Source of the DNA: Styela clava
Taxonomy: Eukaryota
Assembly (NCBI RefSeq): GCF_964204865.1
Contig: NC_135263.1
Span: 6,448,001-6,512,000, forward strand
Direction of reading: 5' to 3'
Length of the DNA: 64,000 nt
The stretch's first letter is position 1. Each line of letters begins with the position of its first letter. Shown one piece after another: positions 51,701-63,700 of this stretch. Both the position numbers and the translations under genes were made by a program. The notes beneath the pieces are model-generated. The model saw only the letters and a program-made list of their open reading frames with translations, was not told the origin of the DNA and searched no databases.

Positions 51701-54700
51701 TTACTACCAGCGATTCTAATCATCACATAAATAAATACCAACATACTTGTGCATTTTGTGTCAACTCCATCCCAAACACCACTGGGTTTGCATTTTCGTA
51801 ATGAAGAACCAGAAAGATGATATCCAGCTTCACACTGAAAACTGCATTCAGTTTCCGCTATATTATTATGACCAAGACACCAGGATGGTGAAACCCACCC
51901 ATTGTCTGGTAACAATAATGGTCCACACGTTTGCAAGCAGGTTGGCGGATTGTTTGACCAAATACCTGTAACAAGTTTAAAGGTTAGGTTAGGATTTTTA
52001 TATTTATCCAAGGAAGAGGAAGGATAATAAAACAGCAAACCAAGCCTTCTCTCACTTGGTTACAAGTCTATGATGGATATGTGAATAGTTAACAAGAGAA
52101 TTTTATGAGATCACCCCATGACCCCACGTTATAATAGATACAGGATAATTTATTTTAATTTCCCATTTTATATACCGTATTTCATTTTTTTCAATACAAA
52201 TGTTTTACGAATTTTTTCAGTTTTATCACTTTTGATGATAGTATATTTTTTTATATAATTTATCTACATGCCTTTCCCTGTGAACAAGAGAGGACTGAAA
52301 TTATTGAAGTTCAGCATTGCCTTCCTAAATCATTACAGGTGGATTACATTAGATTTGAACCCACAATTTTTAATCAGCGATGCCAACATAGTTAAGTCTA
52401 ACACTTTAACCACAATTGCTCTCAGTAGTATCAACTATCTGAATAATAATTAGAAAAACTTACCTCCATTCAAACATTTCACAGATTTACTTCCAGATAA
52501 GCTGAATCCTTGAGCACAAGAAAAGTAACAAATTTCACCCTCGTTCACTGGATCTTCAGTACAAGAAGTTGGTGATACTTCGACTCCAGGTGTTGATAAA
52601 ACAAGTTTATCACATTTGTAATCATCTGAAATAAGAGAGAAAATTGGGAATAAGCTGTGAAATCTGTGTTGTGATAAGACTGGTTGATAAGGAAATCACC
52701 ACATTCAAGATTTTTCATATAACATTGATTTTATTGGTAATTTGGTACTCCTGAAGTACGTGAACCAAGATGGCGGGCATCAGAACATAGTATGTGTACC
52801 AGGTAAGGGTTAGGCCATAATTTTATTCTAATTTTCCTTATTTTTAGTTCTATTATGAGGGGACCAGCCATTCCCGTAGTATTTGTACATGAAATTATAG
52901 CCTAACCCTAACCTGGTACACATACTACGTTCCACTTCCGGTATCTATCATTTTGGTTCACATACTTCGGGAGTACCGTTAATTTTACTAATAGGTGATT
53001 TTAATTGCCGAAATATGTGCATTGCAAAAGTGTACATGTAACTTTAACAGTAATCAGCGACTACACCTTGTCCATGCACTTGGAACTCAGAACTGGTTAG
53101 CAGTTGATGTGCTATCTCTGCACAAAAGACAGTCGTTTGTTACATTGTTAAACCTGACTTATTGTTTTTTTATTCTTTGAAAGAATCTGAATCCTTATCC
53201 TAATATAAAGCATTAGGGCTCAAAATGTATTTGATTGGTAAATTGCTAAAACCAGTCACAAACCTTTGCAAACAGGCATTGGAGATGTCCATTTACCTCC
53301 TTGCAGGCAGGTAGAGTGCGTTGTGGCTTCTGAGGAAAACCCGACATCACATGATACATGACAAACAAGTCCCTGCAAAAATTTTAAATATGCACAATTT
53401 AGATTTCTATGCAGTACATGCAATAACATTATGAACTATAAAGTTTACAAATGTTGGTCTTGCAACCTACACATAAATACCTCTTTCACTTTGGTATGAT
53501 CCTTGCAATCATCAGGAGACACCTTTCCATGTTTGGATACAACAAATTGAGGGCATTGTTTGATGTCTTTCATTGAACATACAGTTCCTGTGGATAAACA
53601 GGAGCATTTTTCAATATCAATGGAAACAAATTTTAATATTGACACTTTCAATGGAATAATTTCAAGAAAGCAGGCATGAACTATGGCTACTAATTTCATG
53701 TGAGTTCATAAAATATATTTTTGAATTTTTCTCTTGATTAAATATATTTCCCCTAATTATAATAAAATAAAAAAATAACAAAACTAAAAAGATTTGAAAC
53801 AAGTTGAAATTAACCTTCACTAAAATAGTGTTTTGCTATCCAATGAGATGAAAAATGATATTGAGTTTCCATTACGAGCCGATGTCTAATTATCTTCTCA
53901 GAAAGACTGTGGCCATCCTCCTCAGCCCCGACATCCAAATAATATGTTTCACCACCTGTCACAATATTATTTCATATTGTCATCAGCAGCAGTTTAGTGG
54001 TTGGAGTATCGCGCTAGGTGTTAGGAATGCGCTTGCCATCACACCTTTAATTACCGTGCATGGATTTGCAAGATTGAATCCTTTGGAACATGGCGCGGCA
54101 GTGTGGCTCAACGGGCTAAGCGTTAGGAATACGCTCGCCACCGCACTTCTAATTACTCTGCGTGAGTTCGCAGGTTTGAATCCCATGCAGGGATGGTTAT
54201 GTGCGAGAGGATTGCTGGACTCCTCGCCGTCGTTGAGTGGTTCACGTAGCCGATGGTCGGTTACGGCTTCCTCCACCACCAAGTCCATGCTTCCGAAAAC
54301 AAACAATACAGTCAATAAAACTAATCCCATACCCGACTTGGAATGGTAACCGGACGCGATGCCGTGGTTCGCCATATGGATAAGCCGTCTTATCGGCTTT
54401 CCTCTCCCCTGGGATAAATATGTAAATCCTATCCTAATTATGTAAAAGTGAATTGTTGTTCCCAGCCGTTATAGGGTAGTTCGCAAACCACTGATCAGTT
54501 AGGACTTCCTCCATCGTCAAGTCCATGCACCTAAAACAAATAACTATTTCCATTGCTAACATAGACTGGTAACTGGACAATAGGCTGTGGTTCGTCATAT
54601 GGCCGAGTCGTCGTCTTGGCTTCTCCTGTCTCTCAGAATGAATATGAAAATATTATCCTATTAGATACAAAGAATTGAAAAGTTTAGGTTACATACCTAC

Positions 54701-57700
54701 AGAGATTCTCAAGCTGTTTATATCTGAGTGAGGGCTACTTCCACAATCCCATAATTGAAACGAATTTGTAGAATCGCAATCTTGTAATGTTATCTGGAGA
54801 TGAATAGAGCACCATTGACAATAAATTCTACTGTTAATAAATGAATTGTTTACAGCTATAACTTGACTTTAAATGATAATCTGCTTGATATTTGATCCAA
54901 TAGTGGAATATAGATTACCATTGCCATGGAAATTCGGTATCAGTGTAATATTTATGTTGAAGCATCACCAAAAATTGGTTAATTTTTAATATTTATGCGA
55001 CGTACAGTTATATTGAAAGCTTTGAATTTTTTTGAAAAAACTAAAGATTTCCATAAGAACTCAGATAGCAAGAAAAGTAAATTTACTGAGAAGAACTGTC
55101 TCGTACACAATATATGGGAAATTCCTATAAACTAATAATAAAAATCTAATAATAGCTTTTCTGTACATGCAAAACATCTATTAATAATTATTTTTTTTAA
55201 TGTATCATTTGTTTTGTAAACTTTATATGAGAACGTTTCCTACAGAGCTGTGGAGCCACGAGTTGAAGTTGCGGACTTTCAGTTGTGACCAAATAATTGA
55301 AAAAAAGCTTCACAATAAAACTTAAAAAGTATAATGTTAATCAGCGAGTGTACTTTTATTAAAACGACATGCATACGCCAGAGTTTTTGTTTTTAAAATT
55401 TAATTTCTTGGAGTTTGGGTCTGGAATCTGAATTTCCTACAACCCGGAGTCAGAGTCTGGCTTATTAACAGCTCTGGTTTCCCAGGCATCAATACATGAA
55501 TGATAATAATTGATTTGATACCATTAGTACAACAAAATATACAAATTGAAACATTATGATTATTGATTACTAACTTTGCCCCATTTACTACCGCTACCAG
55601 TAACACACAGTCCAGATTCAACATGCTGAAGAAGATCAGAATTAGTTTTCCATTTGAAAAGTTGCGATGCATCAGTACTCATGCATTTATGTTTTGCAAT
55701 CAAGTTATCTTCTTCCACAGTAACACAAAGGGATTGACTTTTCACAGCCATTGATATTATTTGAAACTGGTCATCTCCTGAGATGGATAGAGGAATAAAA
55801 ATTGTTCTTGACTACCTAATATTTATTAAAAGTTAATGATGGTTTACTGTGTTAAGTAGCTCTCTAGCGATTTTCTATTTGGGGCTCACAGTTTCAAATT
55901 CTGTGAAATGTGAATGTGTGGGAAAGAGTTCTGTCGTCACTAAAATCATTCAAGTCTATGCGTCTGAAACAAGTAACTGGTTAAATCTTCCCAACGATGA
56001 CATGGACTGATAATCAGAGGAGAGGCTGTGGTTCGTCGCATGATGAAGTCATCCAATCGACTTTCCTTTCCACTGGGATAAATATGGAAATCTTATCCTA
56101 CTGATTATTTAAACCTCATTTATTCAAATCAACACAACTAAATCATAATTTTCTTGAAATTAAAAGAGTCCTCCTGATCTATATTCATTTCAAATTTTAA
56201 ACACTTTGATATTCATTTCATCTACTAAAGTAGTAGGATGTTAGTAAAAGGATTTTTATAGATATCCGTAGGAAGAAGAAAGTTGATGATGACTTTATCA
56301 TACAGCAAACCACAATATCTTGTAAAGTACAGTCCGCCATCCATTGTCTATAAAAGTTGATGCATGTTAACAATATATTATTGATGTAAGAGATATTGGA
56401 ATTTCTGTTAACAATATTAAATGGATGGCTCAAGGTTAAATACTTATTTGTCCTGTTTCAAGTTTGTTTTGAAGAAAAAAAATTGTTTCTGTAAATGGTA
56501 TATTCATGATAACAAGGAGTCCAACAATCGCCAGCACGACACACCACATGTTAATCACCACGGGACGAAAACTTATGAACTGCATACAAAGAATTAAGCA
56601 GACTGTGGCTGTATGTTTTTAATGTATACCAATAACCATCTAAAAAAACTATATATCTCCATCAAAATTGACTAAAATTTTAACATAAAAAAACTTACTG
56701 ATGCACTGAGGAATACGTTTGTCCCATTCTCCACTATCCAAGCACATCAAAACCTTTGGACCAGACAACACATGACCAGGGTTACATCTGAATGTGCAGG
56801 AAACACTTCTACAAGGCAGAGGATCAATTTTGCCATCAAGAATGCCGAATATGACTGGACAAATTCCTGTAATTATATATAACTACTATTGAATTGTCAA
56901 AATACACAATTTTGCTTGAGGAAAAAATCATCGAAAGGCAAACTTGTGGGATACACTTACCGTAAGTTTCAAAAGGAGCAATGGCCTAGTGGTTAAAGCG
57001 TTAGTCTGAACTAACTCAGAGGTTACACATCTCAGGTTCAAATCCCATGAGAACCACCTCACCTAGAGTGTAGTCAATTGGTTAGGTAATGACAAACTGG
57101 AAAGATTCTGGTCCTTTCAAAATAAAGTGTAGCTATTTACATATCAGTGGATGGTTGTCGAAAAGTAAAATCGTGAAAATACTAAGATACATTTCAAGAT
57201 TTATTACCTAAAACTCGGTCAACTATTAGAAACCAGTTGGAGCTAAGCATTAAATGATGCAAGCCAACACAATCAGAAAAACTAATTGAATAATAAAATG
57301 TATTAAAATGAAACATAACAGCTCGAGAAAGTTTTCGTTAAAACTGCACAAAATTAATAATGAATGGCTTGGAATGAAAAGATCTACAAACGTACTTCTA
57401 CATTGAAACCGCAGAGGTGACCATTCACCATTTGCTAGGCATTTTCGTTCTGGATTTCCTCTCATCTCATAACCTTTTAAACACTTGGCAATGCATATTT
57501 GATCCACATGAGGTTCATCAAACACACAATCTGGATCTTCATAATAAGTATTCCCTGGCAGTGTGTCCATCAATTGTGGACAACTCTCTGAAAACAATTA
57601 ACTAATAAATATTTGTGTAAACACTTCATATGTAACTTCAACTGTGTGAGAATGTTGGTTCAAACCTAGAATCAAACGTAATAAATCATTGGCTCATGGG

Positions 57701-60700
57701 CCACAAAGTGAAAAGTCATGTTATTTCGATGACCCCTCGGGTCACGAAGTATTGGAAAAAACGTTAACTGGCTTTAAATTAAACCAACTTTTATAGGTTC
57801 AATGGACCTGATCTATGTGTGGCAACTTCGCCTGTTTATGGCAGTGGTTTCATTTTGGAGAATAAGCAGAGAGAATACACGAAAAGTTTTTGAGAATGAT
57901 AAAAATTTTGGGAAAAATTTGAACTATTCTTGAGACACAGTAACCTGATAAATTTGTAATTATAACCTAGATAAGTGTAGGCTAAAACTATCTGTGTGAG
58001 AGAGTAAATAGAATTGAAACAAGTAACTGAGGCAAAGCATACTGGCAAGTGATTTTTTTTTTAATTTTACTGAAATAACTGAATACCAGGTGGAGTCAGT
58101 TGACAGAGAATAATTATCAAAATTTTAGATAAGTGATGATATCTTTAATTGAACTGAACACGATTGTTCTTATGTTAATTCAAAAAGCTCTGTGACATGC
58201 CTGAGAATATTCCGCAGCACACTGGTGTTCCACCCAGTTTGAGAACCACTTCAACACAGTGCTAATACATAAAAAAACAGTCATCTGCAATTTATTCAAC
58301 AAAAAATATCATAAAATAAAACTTACCAACACAAGTTGGTATAGGATTCATCCACAATCCATTTCCCATACACAATGTGAAAGCATCACCAAGAACATAT
58401 GCAGTTTCACTTATACAATCAAACGTGCATATCTCTCCCTCTTCGACAGCGATAGTTTTACATTTTTCTGGCGGATCTACAATACCTCCTGGTATATCAT
58501 ACAATGGTGGACAAGCACCTGTGTATATTGTACAGTTCACATTATAATAATTTAACAAATAATAAAGTAGTTATTGAGGGTACTAGGGTATTATTGCACA
58601 TGAACTGCAGGTTTATTCTCTTTGTCTACTTTCTGCTTCTGAATAATTCTGATCTGTATGTGGCCGTTGCAAATAGAATGATTGAACGATTTAGTATTAA
58701 AGCGAATATGTGCATGTATTGTGAAAAGCCTGATATCAGCCATTCAATATCTGATTTTCAATCTTTTCACATTTATGTTCCAGGTTGCGAAGCATTTTGA
58801 AAGCAGTTCAGCACTACTCAAAAAAAATATGAAAGTGATCTACTATTACTAAAATTATAATTTTACCGCCTGGTCTCCTCGAGCATAAACTGGATAAAGT
58901 AATAGTTCTTAAACTCAGTGTCGAAAAATAGCTATGAGCATCACTCCACAACTGCAACACCACCTTGGCAGAATTCTGTGAAGCAGGAATGTGATTATGT
59001 GACCATCAGTAAAATACGACTGACACAGTTTACTGTTCGAGAAAACTGAAAACAAAAGATGTACAATGTCATCAAGCATACATTGCAGTAATCTCTTGGT
59101 CTCAAATTCCATAGGCCCAACCTCACCAAGGTGGTAGTGAATTGAACGACTAGAATATCATTATATATCTGTGGTTGCTTATACAGATCCTTTCTCAGAG
59201 TCAAAAGCATGAATGAAAGTCATATAAAAAAAGAACCCTGAAGATTAACAGTTTAAAACATACAACAAACGAAATCTACCAACAGGCATACAAATGAAAC
59301 AAGGCACTTTGGGAACTGAATTTTATCTACTGAATTTTTTGCCACAAATGAATAAAATTTACTTGAAATGAATGAAAATATAACCTTTATATAAGTACTC
59401 GGAGAGTAGGCTGTATCTCTAAGCAACAATCGAAATGGATTATGTGTTGAACATTCCCACCACTGTAAAGGGTCTTCTGTATCACAAGGCCGAGTTATTA
59501 AAGGTTCATCAGATCGAACATTATAAACAGCAATGCATCGACCAGTTGCAGAATTCCTGTGGAGAAGATAATTTTCAAATCATATTTATCCCAGTGGAAA
59601 GGTAAGCCAATAAGACCATACGCAGAACCAGGCCTATCGTATGAAATGTACTATTACTCGCATTGGACGGACAGTTATGAGACTTGACTTGTAAAATTTG
59701 CTGTAACTCGGAATTGACTCAGGAATCATATGATCCATGACTCGACTTTACTCATGGTTTAAAGATCTGTACCCAACACTCACTCAGTATGGTGTGGAAT
59801 TTAATTAATTAATATAAAGTATTATATATACAACATAGTGTTCAGATGGTAAACTCACTGAATATTATAATTTTGAAGCCAACGCCACTGATGAGATGTT
59901 GTACCATCAAGTGATGTTTTTAAACAAGATTGTTTGTCGAGTTTTTCTATTTCACCGATTTCATTTTCTGTCAGACATATTGAATTACCATCTAATGATT
60001 GCATAATGTACATTGGCACACCAGTTTCTAAAACAAAATAAAACATATTAGTTATCCTAAGGCTAAATTAGAATATTAATCGATTGTTATTACATTGCAG
60101 AATAAAAGCATAAAGAAAAGTTTCAGCAAATCTCAAAGAATTGTACAAGAAGTTATGTAAACTTCAGAAAATATGTTCCGTTGACAGTGTAAACCCTCAA
60201 GGTGTCAAGACGAATATCAACGTACTGATATCTCTATAGCTGGGATAAACTTACAAAAAGCTCTTAGTGTATTGTGGGCGCTTGCAATGCTCAATTAGTT
60301 CAGTGTAGATCAATTTAACAAACAATATACAATGTATATAATACCAATGCATTCAGGAAAGTCAGGATACCATTGCCCTCTGCTATTACATGTAACAACA
60401 GCAACTGATGATGCAGAAAGCTCCCTGTTGCAAACAACTTTACATTTTGTTCCCCACACATAATCCATCACATTTCTTCCTTGAATTTGTTTTAGATCCA
60501 CAGTTGTACAATTCAAAGTACCATTTTCTATTTTAGGTACTGGACATTGTTCTAAATTAAACCAACATTATAGAATAGAACAACAGTACTAAGTATCTTG
60601 AAATTTAAATGAATTCAAATTTATGCTGATTTTCACTGATAACACTTGCATTATCATATCTGGTTATTGGCGTTGTTGACCCGACCTGATAACCAAACAA

Positions 60701-63700
60701 AAGGTATTCCATTTTAACTGTATAGAATAGAATAGGATTTACATATATATATCCCAGGGGAGAGGAAATTCGATAAGATGACTTAATCATGATTCGAACC
60801 ACGGCCTCCTATCGGGTACCAGTCCATGCCGGGTATGGCAGGATCACCTTTGATAACTAATGTTCTGCTTTGGAAATTTCGTAAAAAAAGTGAGCAATTC
60901 AGAGTAAAATGATAGCAAACAATTATTAACCACAAGATTTTTGAACCTGCCATCTCTAAACACTTCAATTGACAGAATTACGCCGCCACACTTCGGCACA
61001 AATAGCCAATCAACAATATGTGTAAACATAGACTTACAATATCTTTAACGATTTAGAAATGAAAACTATTACACAGTCTAATTTATACTTACTATTGCAT
61101 CTTGGCACAGTGTTATCCCATTGGCCATCTTCACCACATGTTGCTGACGAACTACCAACCAGAGTGAATCCGTCATTGCAAGAAAAGGAGCAAGTTTCAC
61201 CAGCTGTTATATGATTACTATTACAAGAATTGGGTGGACTTGCTTCTCCATTGTATATTTTAGTGAGTGGAAAACATCTTCCTGAACAATACAATGAACA
61301 AGTGCAATTAGGCATAGCTATTTCATTGAATTAGGATATGCTATTTGAATCACAATTTACAAAATTGCAAATTTTATGTGAATAAAGATACTCACCCACT
61401 CACTTAAATAAAACTTGTCTTACACATGGTAAATTTATCCGACAGTTTTATTAATGTTGTAATATAGATATATATTGTCATTATATATCGAAATGATAAT
61501 GGCAAAAATTACACCCTGGGTGATGGGTGATCTGGGTGTAACCCACAATGCAAGCATAGTTAACTATAAAGTTTAATTATTTAACCGTAAGGCCATCGTG
61601 CCACACTTTAACCACTAGTCCATATCTGTACAGAATAACTCAAATATATACGAAACCAACTTTTGCATTCTGGCATTGGTGTACTCCATATCCCAGTTGC
61701 ATTGCATGTTGTAGTGACACTTCCGATAAGCGTGTATTGATCAAAGCATGAAAATGCACAAACAGCTCCACTTCCCATGCTTGTCATTGTACAAACATGT
61801 GGAAACACTTTTCCATCTTCCAATGGTTTTAATGCTGAACATTTTTCTGAAAAATAGAGGTATAATGTTTAAAACTATAACATAGTGCTTCGAGAGTATT
61901 ATACCCAATGATAACATGAGTTTTTTTCATAAAGCATGTAAACCAGACATACCAATGCATTTAGCTGGAATGTTATCCCAAGTTCCATCAAGTAGACAAG
62001 TTGACAATGCTTCCCCGACTAATATATGTTCAGAATCACACGAAGTTGTACACACTGTACCAATTGATATTCTAGATACAAGGGTTATGAATAATACTAT
62101 TGCCTGAAATAGTAAAGTATACTGTTTCCCCAAAAGTCATTGCTCCTTTCAGAATCATAGAACATAGGCACTGAACTACCTACTTCAGCATGATAATGGT
62201 GGGCCGGACCAGATACCATCGTCTTGACACAGAACTGTAGTCAAAGATTTTCATATTTATCTCAGAGAGGGGAAAGCCAATCATATGACAAACCACCACT
62301 ATGTGAACAACCCTACAATGATGAACAATCTTCTTGCTCATAAATATCTCCACAGGATTTGAACCAGATATCCATAAGGTAATCAGAGGCGTGATGGCAA
62401 TAGCATAGATATCCGTAGCATAATGCGCCATTCGCCATTGATTCAAAATCTAATTTAAAATGCATTAAAAATATATGTATAATATTTCATAAACTATAAA
62501 GCACTTACTTTTTCATTATGCAAGTAGCAGGCGTAATAAAAGTAAAATTATTAGTCTGAGTAGGAGAAACACAATATCTTTCACATGAGGGTGGTTCTGC
62601 AGATACTACAAAATCATCTTCGTCATTTTCCTCTTTACTTAGTGAGGAAGGCAAAATCCAAACCCCAGCTTTGCAAACTTTAGAAGAACTTCCACTAACA
62701 ACGAATCCTTCGTCACATATAAACGAGCAGGTCGAACCTTCTTTCACAAAGTTTTCTGAGCATGATAACGGCATTACCTTTGAGAATTAAATTTAACTAA
62801 ATTGATTTGGTATATATGAAAAAAAAATTATTTAATTAAATAGCACTTTTGTATATATAAACCAATTGAATATTAAGGAAATTTTGGGCACATATTGAAA
62901 ATTAAGAATACCTGAAAGAAATTTTAAAATGGTTATAATTTTATACGACGTTTATACGACGTGAAAAGTTGTTAAAACTATGACATAAAACTAATGAGGA
63001 TATTTTCTTCTCACATAACACAAGTATTAACAAATTTTTGCTGGAGTACCTTCTAGCTTTTTGTGTCTGAATGAAGATTGGGATAGAATTTGCAAAAGAA
63101 TTTTTGAATTCACAAACAAACATGGAACAAAAGATGAATGAGTGTTGAGGAGGCTCAAGTCATTGACTCGACTTATTATCTTAATGAAATGACTAATAAC
63201 GGCCAGTTAGACATAGGACTCGGACTAGATTTGATACTCAAATTTAGCGTTTATATAATGAAACATGGTTAAGTGTTGGTGAGGCTTGTGTCATTGACTG
63301 ACTCATCTCATCGGCGCTCCAGAAGTATGTGTACCAATAGGGAGGTAACTAATTTTGTTCGCCTATTTTACATCAAGTTGTGGTAAAGAGACGGAAGCCT
63401 ATGAGCAGGGGGAATATTCACTTGGCTAACACAAACAGTCCCCGAACTCGTAATAGAACTAAAATTTATGGCCTAACCCTAGCCTGGTACACATACCACG
63501 GGAGTACCAACTCATCTAAATGATATGACTAATACTCATGCTCAAATAACTGTCAGTGAGACTTCTGAGCTCAACAGTTGATTGACATAGGATTCGATGT
63601 GGATAATCAACCGTGCCCATTATCCTTGGATGCAGCACAAACAAGAATATTTGATTATTAACAAACCTGACCATTCCTTGGTGCAACCACAGGATTACAC

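Noticed and set aside
53855-54375. Longest track ORFs (164 aa on +, 130 aa on -)
   Set aside because: They run across GC-rich SINE sequence and antisense exon DNA, with no protein motif.
56443-56549. Minus-strand ORF MWCVVLAIVGLLVIMNIPF..., resembling a signal-peptide first exon that would split the mosaic gene in two
   Set aside because: The DNA aligns with a decayed SINE family 1 segment (gattgttggactcc versus gattgctggactcc), and the flanking CCP9 and ricin-2 exons already splice in frame.
56976-57050. tRNA gene candidates (also 42048 and 54092)
   Set aside because: A and B boxes are present but there is no cloverleaf or acceptor stem, and each continues into a shared repeat body, so they are SINE heads.
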